Shown: positions 1 through 14,500, counted from the stretch's first letter. The stretch: DNA of 64,000 nt from Lingula anatina (GCA_051362555.1 CM120641.1:868001-932000), one strand, 5' to 3'. The notes: a model not told the origin generated them from the sequence alone. Made by a program: numbers and translations.

Positions 1-198
1 AAATAAAATTGTTAACCATGAAACAATCAATAACTATTTCAATTTTGATTATAAACAGTTTAATGAAGGTGTAGGATTTTCAGAAATATGATATTTAAGG
101 TAGAAATAATAAATCATTTTTATCAGATCAGTGTGGTGTTTCTGTTAAGTTATAGTTTTTGAAATGTTACATGTACTTCTGAAATATTGACAAAGAAT

Positions 199-510
199 TA
201 AATATGTCAATGTTTGTTGTTTGTAGGTCATACAAGGAGAGACAGTGAGTCCAGTCTGGCTAGTAAAGAACCACAGAGTCCACTCAGTAAAGGACCAGTA
301 CTAAATATGTCAATGTTTGTTGTTTGTAGGTCATACAAGGAGAGACAGTGAGTCCAGTCTGGCTAGTAAAGAACCCCAGAGTCCACTCAGTAAAGGACCA
401 GTACTAAATATGTCAATGTTTGTTGTTTGTAGGTCATACAAGGAGAGACAGTGAGTCCAGTCTGGCTAGTAAAGAACCACAGAGTCCACTCAGTAAAGGA
501 CCAGTACTAA
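199..510 (+). repeat. 103-bp tandem repeat x3 covering a splice acceptor and exon 5' end
   Basis: Units start at 199, 302 and 405; each has TTTGTAG|GTCATACAAGG. Only the third continues into the full exon 433-566. Confidence 0.95.
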
Positions 511-3500
511 ATGGACCTTTAACCCCTGGGCTGGTCAAACAAGGGGGACTGGATCATCCACAGCAGGTGAGCTAACACAGGGTATTTATATACACGTGAT
601 CATTAAAAAGTACATGAACAAAGGCCATGATTGCCTTTTCTGTAAATTTTAATTATATTTAAAAAGTTGTTCCTATTGTAATGACAGCATTCTGTGAATT
701 GTAAGTCTGACTTAAGAGATAATTTCTCACACTTTCTCAGAATGCAGGTGTGCATATTTAAAGGAAAGTTTATTACCTATGCTGATAAAGCACTTATTTC
801 CACCAGAAAGAAATAGAAGTTGATCTTTGGCAGTTATCTGAACAGAAATGTAGTCTTGGAGCTTGACCAGAATGTGCATTTATTTTTTCCATAGTCTGAC
901 ATTTCAAAGGTAAATCATTATGATTTTGTGCTTTGTGTCTGTACATTTTAATGTCTTGTTATATCCCATTGCTCACATAGTCATTCTGTGATTTTAGCGT
1001 AAATCATAACATTCTGCTTTGCGTCTGTACATTTAACAGCTTTGCTGTGTTGTTTCTCCTATTCCCTACATAGTCAGTGTGTGATTTCAGGGTTTGCATC
1101 TGTACATTTGACAGCTTTGCTGCTTTGTTTTTGTTTATTGCTCACATAGTCAGTGAGTGATTTCAGGGTTTGTGTGCACATTTGACAGCTTTTCTGCCTT
1201 GTTTTTCCTATTCCCTACATAGTCAGTGAGTGATTTCAGGGTTTGCGTGTGTACATTTGACAGCTTTCCTGTCATGTTTTTATCTATTGCCTACATAGTG
1301 GGTGATTTCAGGGTTTGCGTGTGTACATTTGACAGCTTTGCTGCCTTATTTTTCCTATTGTTCACAAAGTCATTCTGTGATTTCAGGGTAAGACGATAGC
1401 CACCAAGCTGTCCAGCCCTCCCCAGCCTCTAGACACTGACAGCAGACTTCACTACCTGTGGCCACGCCCGCAGAAACTTCTCCCCACAGATGGAGATCCC
1501 TTCAGTGTGCCAGAAACATTGCATGTGTTCTTAACAGCACAATCAGGGACAGGTGGGTTATTTTTACATTGGTTAGTTTTCTTCTCTGTCTTATTTTCTT
1601 CTCAGGTACAAAGGATGGTTGGTTAGTTCAAGCATGCTAATATAAAGCTAAGTATTTGAAATATTTATGATGATTATGTAGCATTATGCAATAAAAAAAA
1701 AGATTTGTTAAATATTTTGATTATACTGGTGAATTACAAACCAAGTGCTCTCATTCCCACTTGCAGATCAGCTAAATATTTATATTTCAATATCTTGTTA
1801 TTTTTATTTTATTTATTGATTTTTTTTGGGGATAATGCCCTGCATATTGGAGATGTACTCAGCATTTATTCTTCTATAGTCTGCTTAACTGAAGATAATA
1901 ATTTCAAGTTACCAGTGCAAACACTCGCTGCCTTTCCCTAACATATCACAGTATATTGTAGCTTTAGTATCTGACATGTTGGAAGTGTGGCAGGGCAGAC
2001 AGCAGGTTCTTTAAAAAAAAGATTTGGTGAAGATACAATGCAAATACCGGGTACCTGCTGCCTCTCCCTAACATATCACAGTATATTGTAGCTCTAGTAT
2101 CAGACATGTTGGAGGTATGGCAGGGTAGACAGCAGGTGCTCCAAGCCATGGGGATTAAGCTGCACCTAGAGCCTATACCAGCGGGTAGCCTGAAGAACAT
2201 ACAGGACCTACAGTGTGTCCAGTGTCAGGTGAACAGGAGACTGTTCCAGAGAGATGAAAGTTATAGGATTTCTATCACCAGTAAACAGGTAATGAATTTA
2301 CCATTGTCCAGTATTGATAATTGTTGTAGAGTTATTTGATAATCATATCTCAGGGAAATGTTTTCTTTTGTCCAAAATATATAATGTAATAAAATAAAGT
2401 CATAGAAAGTATGTTTACTTTGTCTTAGTTTGAAAGATCCCTTTCAGTGAACATTCCTCATGTATTTCTGAATTCATCACATCACAAAATATCCAGTTGT
2501 TTTGTATGTCAGGAATGAAATTTTATGCATCAGTTAACTTTCACTGCACAATATCTGTCATGTTTTTTTTTTCTGCACTGTTCATAATGTCAGTCCCATT
2601 ACATCTCATTGTAACTATGATCTCACTTGTAAACCTGCTTTTTTTTCTGTTTCAGATCAGAATAGTGTCCAGTGACAGAGCAGGGATGTTTTATGCCACT
2701 TGTACTATAATACAGTTGCTACAGTTATGCAAATCTGAGGGAATACCAGCTATTACTGTAAGTTACAGTATAAATTACCAGGGGAATTTTTTTATAGCCA
2801 GGAAACTTGCCCATGGTTCCCTTCTCGGTTTAGTCTGGCATTTCGATGTGTGTACCTTGAATATCATAGTTACGATTCCGTGAATCTATTGCATAGAATT
2901 ACTTTGTTCAGTGTATGTTTTTATGATGGATTTTGGTTTGAGACAAGTAATAACAATTAAAATTAGCTATTGGGAGCTAAGAACAAATTATGATGAAAAT
3001 AAAACAAAAATCCAGAAAATTACAATAAGTTTTAATTGTGATAATTCACATTCAAATCACATATATTGTATGTCATTCAGATCCAAGACTGGCCATGTTT
3101 CAAGGACAGGGGAATCCTCCTAGACCTGTCTCAAGGCAGGAAACCCACCCTGGACAACTTGAAAACCACTGTGGAGACACTGGCACAACTTAAGATCAAC
3201 CAGGTAAGGGCTTGTAACCATATTTTCTGTACATATATGTATATATATTATGTTTCATATAATTACATTTCAGTTGCATTAATAACAGCCTTGTTAATAT
3301 TTTAAGTTTACACAGTTCTCCGTCAGGTTACTGGCTAATAGGCCCCATTCAGAATAGGGGACTTACTAGTCCGAGGTCAAATATGGCAAACCACTACAAA
3401 GCTTGATGTCTAATCCGCTAATATACACTGAAGAGATATCCCGTGGGGAAGTATTCAAGTGGGTTGGCCCTATTTGACCCTTGGACTAGTTAGTCCCCTA

Positions 3501-5507
3501 TTCTTAATTGGGTCTTACTCTCCATTTTAACTGTTCACATTGAATTTATTTCATGAAATCGTCTTCAACACCTTTATTTCCTCTTTTGCACTTCTTTTTA
3601 CACATAAACTTCTACACTTCTACACCTCTACTTCTACACATTGAAAAATAAAACAACAAACCAAAATACTAACTTAAAGGCCTAATCACCATTAGTTAAG
3701 TGTAATAAATTGTTAAAAAATCTCAATGTATATTTTTTTGTTAAAGGTCCACCTGTACGCCAGGTTCTCTGTGCCAGAAGAACCCCACTGGCAGTTCTGT
3801 TACCAAAGAAGGTGGGTACCAAAATTTTAAAATTAATTATGATAGAAGAGAAAGCAAAACTATTCTTTTCAGTTGTATGTTTGAAAAATCACACAGTCAG
3901 AGCATTTTCTTTTTCATGTGCAAATTAGAAGTAGTTATGAAACAAATGCATATATCTGTAAATTGTGCGAACATTAGCAAAGAACTGCTAAATGATTTAA
4001 TCTTGATTAAACATTAAAGAAATGAATTCATGGTGTTATTTTATATATTTGTTTGCCTTGTTCTAAACTTATCTTTACTATTTAAACCAATTTTTATATT
4101 TTATATATATTATATAAAGATTAATAAAATTAATATTATTAATATAAATATTCTATCTACAGTGAGCTTCTTGCTTCTTAGCCTGGACATGTTCTGTAGA
4201 AAGCACTGTATATCACTACTGCCAGGGCTAGATGTGGTACCTAAAGTCTCATATTAATAAAATAAGTATTCTATCTACAGTGAACTTCTTAGCCTGGACA
4301 TGTTCTGTAGAAAGCACTGTATATCACTACTGCCTGTACTGGATGTGGTACCTAAAGTCTCTTATGAAGACCTGAAGCAACTCCATGCAACATTTCAAGA
4401 TTTCTTGGCATGCTTCTCTTCAGCAAAGTAAGATTTTGGTAAAATTGCATTTTTTTTTTCAAATAATGAAAAATGAATTATTTTTCTGTAAATGCTTAAC
4501 ATGTTTTCAGTTTCACATTGTTGTTGTTGAGGGAAATAGTAGATTTGTGCCTGCTTCCATTTAAATAATCTATTAAAAACTTGGTCTTACTATATAGATC
4601 GGGATACTAATAAGGAATATATTATGGTTTAGCTCTGAGAATGCACAGATGTATGGAAACACCCTTTTAAACAACAAGATTACTGGTCAGAAATTCACAA
4701 ATGATGAAGGTGATGGTGACATTTAAACGTGTGTAATCTATTAATTACAGAGTAGTTCACCTGGGTCCTCGCCTTACAAGTTTCTTCCCTGACACGGCAT
4801 CAGAGGAGGAGCTGATCGACTCTGTGGACACATCCCTCCTCCTCCCCATCCCTACAGACTACATGATCCAGATGTGTGCCTACGGCTTCCATGAGGCACC
4901 TGTCTCTCTACAGAGATTACCTGGGAATATTGTGCTCATGGAATATGGATTCCAGGTAAGAGGGAGTTAAAAGTGTTGCTACAGTTTTTTTTTCAATTGG
5001 AATATACATTGTTCTTGTCCTTAATGCCATGGTTTTGCAACATTAGGCTAAATATAGCAAATATTTCCAAGGAATAAACAGACAAAACATCTGTTTATTA
5101 AAAGATAAGAAATTATTCAACTCACAATTAGAATTTAATAATAAAGAAGAATTTTTACTGATTTTCAGGCATCCTACAGCTTTAGACATTTCTGTAAGCC
5201 ATATGCAGATTCTGGGTTAGTTTTTCAAAATTTTATTTTTTTCATCTGAGACAAACTAATGTAACTATCTGTCTTGCTGAGAAGTAATTATATCTTCAGA
5301 GTTTTAATTTAATATCTATACATTTTATCAAAACTGTGCAGTGTAGTTCTAGTTCTCCTGTAATTTAAAAGATTCATTTTATTGCAGTGTGCCATTCTAC
5401 GTTTGCCCAGGAACTTCAGCATGGAACAGGTAAAAAAAAATTCAAGGAATATTTTAAGTGAATTATTGAACATTTATAAAAACAGATCTTAACAGGAAAA
5501 AGTGATC

Positions 5508-5589
<82 letters not shown>

Positions 5590-8500
5590 GATATTAATTT
5601 TATATAATTGCTTGTATTTTGCTTATGTTAATACATTTGTTCAACATGAAAATTTTATTACGGTATTTTTTTCATTACCGTATTTCTGTCTTACAGCCTA
5701 GCAGGCTGCCCTGAAGCTTCAGTCAGCAACGTCTACCATGCTTCCCACAGTTGCCTCACGCAAGGTGCCTTGGGACTGGTGGTTTGTGATTGGTCAGGAG
5801 TGGGTCACATGACACACAAGTGTTTCAGCTGGCCAGGATTCCTGACAGGGGCAGGACTGTCCTGGAATTCTACAACACCCTGGGTGAGGAGACCTCTGGT
5901 GGACTGGAGCTTTTCTCTTTTTATGTACAGACACAGACGTGCTTGTACATATAGCCATCACCTGTGTCTGTTGTTGCCGTCGCCATGCATTTTCACCGAT
6001 AACACGATAAGTGGAAAAACATTTTACCTTTTAATAATAAAGGTTTATTGTGTTCTTTGCAATATATAAGACATATATTGAATGTATATGAACAAAAGTA
6101 TAAAGATGTAGTATTAGAATAGAGCTTTAAGATAAATTCTAAATTATAAAAACAATAATGAAGTTAAAAATGGTGATTTGTTGTTCTTTTCAAAAGCTAA
6201 AAGTTCATGGATAGACCTTGATCATTGACACGTATATAAACAGTAAGGGATAAAAGTGTTCCTATATCTTTTTGTCCAACATTTTGGTAAAACATATCTT
6301 TAAACATTCCTTAGGTTCTTTTCTATGACACGTTAGGTAAAAGATGGTTTAATCTATGTGTACACAGTTTTATCTCATTAAATAATTTTTTGCACAAGTC
6401 AGTACGCCGAGATTTCAAGGTAGGTAATTCAGTGATGTCCATTGCTTCGTTGTAAGTGAGTTTAGGGTATATAATATGAAGAGCTCTTTTTTGGATGTTC
6501 TCTAAGGCTTTAGATTGCTGTGCGGTAATTCCAGCATGCCATAGCTGACAAGCGTACTCAAGTGTTGGTCTGAGATTGCTTTTATAAATTTGTAAGAGGC
6601 CATATCTCGGCACCCCAGCGTGTTTGACCATGCATAAGAAATACAGTCTGGATGCAGCTTTTGAGAGAATTTTTTCAATATGTAAGTCCCATTTCAAATT
6701 AGAACTGATATGAACTCCCAGCAGTTTGGCATGTGAAACTTGTTCTATTTTTATACCATCAATTATTAGGTTATCAGGTACAGTTGGGTTTTTACTGAAA
6801 CAGATAAACAGTTCAACAGTTTTTTAGGATTAATTAGCATGTTATTTTGTTTTGTCCATTCATATAGGTTTGAGGCTGCTATGGGAAGTTTAGATTGTGT
6901 AGGTTTGGCACCTTGTTCTATTTCCCTTGGAGATGGTTGGTGAACTGTCTCACAAACTGTAGTGTCATCCACATACTTTACTGCTGGTAAAAAACATATC
7001 ATGTCATTTATCATTGTAATGAAAAGGAGAGGTCCTAATTTTGTACCCTGGGGCACGCCCCCATGAATATGGCACCATTGTGACATTACTGATCCACACT
7101 TGATCCGTTGTTGTCTATTAAGTAAAAATGACCTTTTGTCTTCAAATTTATAGAACTGATGAGTATTAATAAAATACAGGTCATTAAATGGCCATTAAAT
7201 GAGATTAATAATAATAAGTTTATTGAGCACTAAGTGATATGAATACATTTGCAGGCTCACTAGATTACATTATTTACACAATATATAAGAATATACATTA
7301 TATATGTGTACATATATAGTACGCTAAATTGCATATGTTAATGCATGTTATGCTATAAGCTATTCACAGCACTATCGACAATTAGTGGCTGTGATCTACT
7401 AAATTGCAGGTAAACTGTGTATTTTAACAGCAGTCTTTACAAATTCCACTATTACTTTGAGGCTTTTTTTTCACAGGGTGGATTAAGGAGAATTGACAAT
7501 ACCTGACTACTGTCCTCTAGACCCACTACACTGATTTTCAAGAGTTCATCATACATTCATTGCCTCTCAACAGTGTATCTTGTACATTCCGTGGGGAAGT
7601 GTTTTTCATCCTCTATGCAGTTGCAAGCTTTACATTTTCTCTCAAGTTTTAGGGTTTGTATATCAGCCCTTTTCTATTGCCAGGTCGTGATAACTTAGTC
7701 TTACGTTCTATATTTTCTCACTCAGGATAAATTAGTTAAATATTATTATCACCAAACTTTGGCATGAATTGATTATAAATAGGTTTATGAAATGTAATTC
7801 AGCCATAAAATCACTGCTATAGTAGTAGAAATGCACCAGAAAAACACAGGTTATTCAGTTTCTGAGCATTTTAAAGCATGTCATTTTTCCAAGTATCGGA
7901 AAACTTTCACTTTCCCACCACATTCAGTCACAGCCAGATGTCCATCCTGGTTGATGGTACATCCCCATGGGTATTGTAGTCCATCAGCTCTGGTTGCTAT
8001 GTACTGGATGAACTTCCCATCTGGGGATACAAGGTGTATGCAGTGGTTATCATTGTCTGTAACCAGTATGTTGTCATAGGCATCAACACAGACACCATAA
8101 GATGTACCTAACTTGTTATCAGGTCCTGTGTACTGATACAGTGGGTCACCAGATGGGGTTATGATGTGAAGTTTTTTTGGTGTTGTATCACTAACAACAA
8201 GACATCCATTGCTCATATATGCCACTTCACATGGTACATTGAACAACTGTTTCCCATCTTTGTCCTTTATCACATCAGTTAGAGTTATTTTCCCTTGGAT
8301 ATCAATACTGAACACATTCACAGACTTTTCTCCTCCAACCTGTGCCACAGCAATCTTAGTACAACTGTTATTGAGAGCCACACCCCATGGGCAGTTGACA
8401 ACTACAGTTTGCTGTACTTCCCACTGTGGTGACAGGATGAACAGTTTGTTATTGTGTGTATCAGATAGAACCATCCTTCCATCAGGGAAGTGACAGATCC

Positions 8501-11500
8501 CTGTTGGACATTTCAGCTGTGTGTCTGAGACACTGTTGATCTTCTTCATAAATGTACCATCTGAACTAAAAAGCTTGACCTCATTATCTGTGATATGTGT
8601 AGTAACATACTCCCTGTTTGGACTCACTGAAATGTCCACTGTTGCCTTGCCAGTGTCAAACTGCAGCATACATTCAGCCTTTGGTTTGAACTTGGGCAAA
8701 GCTGGTTGTCTAGATGTCTGCACATTCCCCAGGCCAGCCCCACTGGATATCTCTTGGTCTACTTCTGTGTTGGTGGAAAATGTGAAACTTATTTCTTCAG
8801 GCATTTCTTCCACAGCTGAAGTGGACTGTAGCTCATCTAGTCTCTGTCCAAGTTGGTGTTGTAACATGAGGACATCTATGGGGGCACCATGCTGAAGGAT
8901 GTTCTTTACTATTTCTGTTGTGGTCTTGATGGAGGAGCAAATGGCACTGCAGTTCTTGTGAGAAATTTGTAAATTATTTCTGTTAGTGCTAGTAGTTTGA
9001 TGAAGCTCCTGTAGTAAGGTCTTCTCTTGTTGATCTACCAGTTGACGTAGGTGAGCTGCACGAGCTTTTATCTGCTGCTGAACACAGCTTTCATTTTCTT
9101 GTAGATTTGCCAATGTTTTATCAATTTTAGTTAACTTTCTTTCACCAGTTGCAAGTTTTCTCTGCATGCCAAGAGATTTGGTTTGAAGTTTTGGTTTTAC
9201 AATCTCTGCAGCTTTTTCAAGGGAGATAAGTTTATGACCATCATGGTGTAGATCTCTGCAGTCACGACAAATGGGGTCATTGCAGTCTGAACAAAAGTAT
9301 CTTATCCTCTCATCTTTGTGCTTAGGGCAGAAAATCTTTTGCTGCTCTTGGATCTCTTTTTGGTACTCTTTGCTCTGCATCTGTTGGAAAGTGAACACTT
9401 TATGGTCTTTTGTGAACTTGGTACCACAGTGTAATGGGGAACACTTCTCACATAGGTAGTCATGGCAGATGATACATTTTGAAGTAGCTACTGTTTCAGT
9501 GTTAAAAGACAAGACACAAAAGCTACATTTTTGCATATGTGGTGACTGAAGTACAGTGTCCTGCAAGCTTTCAATGAAAAAATTGTTAGAGAAGCCCTCA
9601 AGTCCATCTTTAGGAACTTCAGTTTCTTCCTGACATGCATGACATTGGAATTTACTTCCTGGTGTTAAGTCAGGAATATAGTCCTTCAGACAACACTTAC
9701 AAAATGTATGCCTACATGGTAAATCTGTCGGATCTTTGTACTCCTCAAGGCATAATGGACAGCTGACAAAATGTTCTGGTATTTTGACCTGTAGGTTTTC
9801 TTCGACATCTCTGCTTACATGAGCTGTAGCCATCTTGGGGGCGTGGAGTGAACTGTTCTACTGGTATGAAGAGCGGTTATCTTATGTTATCAATAAACCA
9901 GTTGCAGGAAATGAACAATGATCATATGTGTTGGACAGCTTTATAATTGTTGTCTTATCAGTGACCCAGTTGGCATATACTTTTAAAGCCACAACAGTAT
10001 GTTTTTGTATTTCACTGTGTTTTATGATTCAAGCATATAATTAGGATTTTATGGGTTTTTTTATTACCTAATATTTTATATTCAATACTTATATTTAGAT
10101 GGAGAGTTAGAGTGTTATCAAATAAATACAACCCAAATTTCTATTGGATAACACTAGTTTTGATGGACAGGCGCCTTTGGTCACCTGACTTGTAATTACT
10201 TTTATTGTACTTAATTATGCCCGGTCTCCAGTGGACCTTCTACTTCAAGAGACAGATTTACCGTACTAGGATTAAGAATGTGTACATTTACCCCGTGGAC
10301 CATTTGAAGATTACACTGCGATTAATGCGGTGGAAAATACAATAGAGAGAGTGTATAATGATAGGGTCGCTAAACGATTGTTGACGGCATATAGTAACTA
10401 GCCTAATCCCCTGGTCGCCTGGGTAGCCACGCCCCCTTAGAGTACTTATGTAAACAAACGGTCTCCCGTAGCGAACTATCCTTTTGTTCAACAGCTTCGC
10501 GCCTGCAGCTGATTATGTATGTAGTGACACTATAGCTAACTGCATATAAATTTGTGCTAGCTGTTATTTGATTCATTCTGCTGTGTCGGATGTTGTGGAT
10601 CAGCCCACTGGTTCGTTAACTTATGTTTTTCTGAAGATTGGTGGTGCAGATTTTGAGTGCTTAATTATTTACCCTCCTTCTAACAAGAGAAAGGGGAAGG
10701 GAGATAAAAAGAGAGAGTGTCAAATGAAACGGGTAATGAGTAATACATTACATTAAATAAAGGGACTCGCGGTGGAAGAAACGATAGACTGTTTGGCATC
10801 AAGGTATGCCATTATAATCCGACATGGCCCATAACATGATCCATAACATGACTCATTGTTGTATGCCTTATATTTGTGCCAACTTATATTTTACTCTCGT
10901 TCATTTCGTGAAACTATTTCCTTGAATAAAGTTTTGCCTGTATAAATTAACTTTGTGACATGAAGTAATTAATAAAACGCGCCTGTTGAAAAGGGGGCTT
11001 TTCGTAACTAATAAAGGTTCACTATTCAGAAAAATATCGTCGCCGTTCGTCGCCGCTACCTTCAGGAAAGCGTACCCTCCGCGTGGATCACCGGCATTTT
11101 TGATTATCTGACAAATTAGGGCAATTTACGTTTTAGCTAATAATTCTGAATTTACTAATATTTTGGACTAAATTCGATGTCAGATTTATAGCAATGACGG
11201 AGAGCCGCCAGAGTAACTGTTTAATTTTCTAAATACGGTAAAGTGCCATGAATTTCGAACGGCTCTTGAGTTTCGAACGATCTTAAAATCGGCCGTCTGG
11301 AGTTTTTTCTGGACCATGAATTTCGGCCAGTCAGCAATTTTGCGCGATCTTGATTTCGTGAATTTCGTACACCTTAAAATCGGCCACCGGGCTATTCTCG
11401 CGCTTGTAAAGATCTAACAGTCGGCAATGTTGCCCTAGTGTACCTTTACCTGAGTACTACGTGTGCGGCCCAAGGTGCAAGATAACGATCAGTACAGTTG

Positions 11501-14500
11501 GTTTAGGATGCTAAACAACATCGTCATATCCATTCATTCAGATAACAGGAGAATCTATTAAGAGTTGTACTGTCAGGCTGTTGTTTCTTTACCGCAGTAT
11601 TCGGTGTGAGATAGCGATCGGTAGTTTTGCTGAGGCGCACAATAGCATTGTTAACAGTAGAGACTTCAGTAACAGAACAAAAGAGCAATATTAAGAGCTG
11701 CAATAAAGATTACCATTATTGCTTTCTTGTCTCGCTCAGATCGTTCACGATCTCCCGCTGACGATCTTCCGCTAATGAGGTCCCTTGAAATGTACAAATG
11801 AAATGAAAAATATTTTTAAAAATTATAAATTCCAATGGGGAGGGATAGAGGGTTAAAAACAATCGAGAACGATCTCCGGCTGACGATCTGCCGCAAACGA
11901 AAGCCACTGAACGAGTATGAGCTTTCTCGTTTCACTCGGATTGCGACGCTGATGATACGAAAATTGCGTTCTCGTCTCGCCCTTTGGCTTACGAAGTCTC
12001 TTTAACAAATATGAAAATTGCCTCCTGGTCTCTCTCGGATTGCGAACGATCTCTCGCTGAAAATTTGAAATTTTCCTTTTTGTCAATCAGCTATGTCAGT
12101 TGTCGTGCGTATGAAGGTCCGGAAGGTGTCCCCTTTCACAAATTGGCCTGTAGTTTGCTTAGTGTTTTGTACCGCATGAAGGTCACGCTGCATACGGCGT
12201 GGAATGTGTATCTTAAGGTTCATAGAAACATTTTATTGTGTTTTGTAAGCTTTAGGAAGTAGTTTCGTTGTGACTGAATATCAGCGTACACTACAAAGTA
12301 GTACCATTCATCTGTAACGCATCATAAAAGCTAGGTACGTCAAATTACTCTAAGAAAATTTCTTACAACGTCCACGGCTGTCCCGACAAGCCAAGACGTC
12401 ATTAAAAAAAAAGTCGCAAGCCGTCTAGCCGTCTTTGAAAATATAGGCCGTCCGGTGATGTCAGCGGCCGTCCAAATGACGGCTGGACGGTTCGCTGGGA
12501 AAAGCCTTGCTCATAAGGGTATATTTATTTAACTAGGGGCTTACTGACATCACCCAGCTTACATGCGGGTGCATGCCTCCCAAAATTATATTAAAGGATA
12601 AAATTGTAATATATCTAAGTATAATTGTTTGTAAATTTTGTAAAAATTGCCCATGCCACCCCGTTAGTTTGGAGGGTTAAGCTGGATCAAGTCCGTGTCA
12701 AAATTCTTTGAAACTTTGCAGGAAAAATCAATCTTCCTTTGTTTCTCTGGCTCCTTGTTTATCCCGATGATCAGATTTATCTAGTGCCCCCAGGTCTGCT
12801 GGAGCAGCTCTTTGAAATAATACACAGGTAGATTTTTATCTGAGATAAATATCGCGTTCGATACACTCAAGACAAAAGCTGCCTGTGAGCTGAAGGGCAC
12901 TTTACCCTTTAATTAAGAGGTAAAGCAAGTTCCAGCTAGATGGACGATTAAGATCGGACTTCACATGGTAACTAGTATTGTTTACCTCAGTTCTGTGACA
13001 GCTAACGAGAAGGGTGTCAGAACAATGGTGCATATATAAATTATACACAGAATTTGTACATTCAGGTGACATTAACTTATAATCGAAGGGGATTTTCGAT
13101 AATATTCCTTGAAAAGTACACTAGATGTATAGAGAATAATATCATGGTTGGCCAAAAAATTATATACGCACAGTGTGTCCGTGCGTATGCCTGGTTACGC
13201 CCCTGTCGCAAACCAGCAAACCATATCCTGCTGACTACATGAAAATTGCCTTCTAGCATGGACAAAAAGTCCAAGCTTCTATGCTTGCTCGGATCGCTGA
13301 CGATCTCTTGCTGACGAATATAGTAACGAAGTCCCTTGAACTAGTGTGGAAATTGGCTTATTATCGCGCTCAGATCGCTCACTATCTCCCATTGACGATC
13401 TTCCAGTCCCTTGAACGAATATAAAAACTGCCTTTTCGGTTTACTCTAGATTACCTATCTCTCGCGTTTGTTTGAAGATGACAAAACGTACACGCTTTTC
13501 AAATGCGTGCATTGACGCAACTATGCGCCAGGAAATCAGTTGCTGCTGCTGGTTAAGATTGGGTTGCCTGAGCGAAAAAAAAAAAAAACGGCCCTGCACC
13601 CCCCCCCCCCCAAACCTAGTATATTTGATCGCAGACAACAATCAGCGGTCATCTTGGTCACAGCGCACGACGGAGAGAGACCGTAATACACAGTTCGGCT
13701 GCCGTGGCGAAGGCTACCTGTGCGTCGCACATACCGATCTGCGGTCGTAGTGGCCTCCCCGCACGGAGGAGAGGCCGTAGTGCCGAGGCCGGCTTCTGCA
13801 GGGAAGGCTACGTATGCGTCGGAGACACCGACCCGCGAACAGCGAGATGAGGACGCATTCGCGCGTAAAGCTTCGCCCGACTTTAACGGTAAAGGCAACG
13901 AACCTGGTCGCGGAAGACACAGATGAAGGCTACCTGCACGTGCGCCATAGACACTGATCGGCTGTCGTCTCCGTTTCAGTGCACGGAAAGGAGCAACGGT
14001 AACACTAAGCTTCCATAGTAAAGGTTATCTGGCCATGGCAGACGCTAATCGTCGGCCGTCTCTCCCTCCGTCCACTCCCGTTCTGAGCGCCAGGATCGTT
14101 TTTGAAAAACGACACTAGTTTCTGGCTGCCAGAATCGCTTTTGAAAAACGACACTACTGATAACGATGCTGTTTTGCGGCCCTAGACAAGAGTACCGCTC
14201 TATCTATGGGCCATACACAGTGATCGGGTGAAAGTACGTGTATACCTTTGGTCGCAATTACCGACACTCACACATCATACATTATGGTAACTCTAAATAG
14301 ATCGTCGGGAGAAGATAACAGAAGGCCTAGTGACGAACAGACAACTTCCGGTCAAAATTGACAGAATTCCATGAAATTCGAACTTTCAGGAGTTCTGAGC
14401 ACCTCCTTTTCATGAATTTCGGCCAGAACGATCTTTTCCCAAATTTAATTATTTTTTACTGTTCGAAATTCATGGCACATTACCGTAATCAAACTAGAAC

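Noticed and set aside
1606-1617. Possible 12-nt frame-preserving microexon (CTCAG|GTACAAAGGATG|GTTGGT; GTKD)
   Set aside because: The upstream intron would be only 53 nt, the donor is weak, and the gene splices in frame without it; needs RNA data.
7831-9459. + strand ORFs overlapping the TRIM genes (also 32253-33536 and 38147-39688)
   Set aside because: Antisense shadows of the real - strand CDS; they recur only because the TRIM is duplicated.
13441-13926. Cluster of overlapping GC-rich ORFs inside the TIR element
   Set aside because: No DDE/D, HTH or other recognisable motif; expected by chance at high GC.
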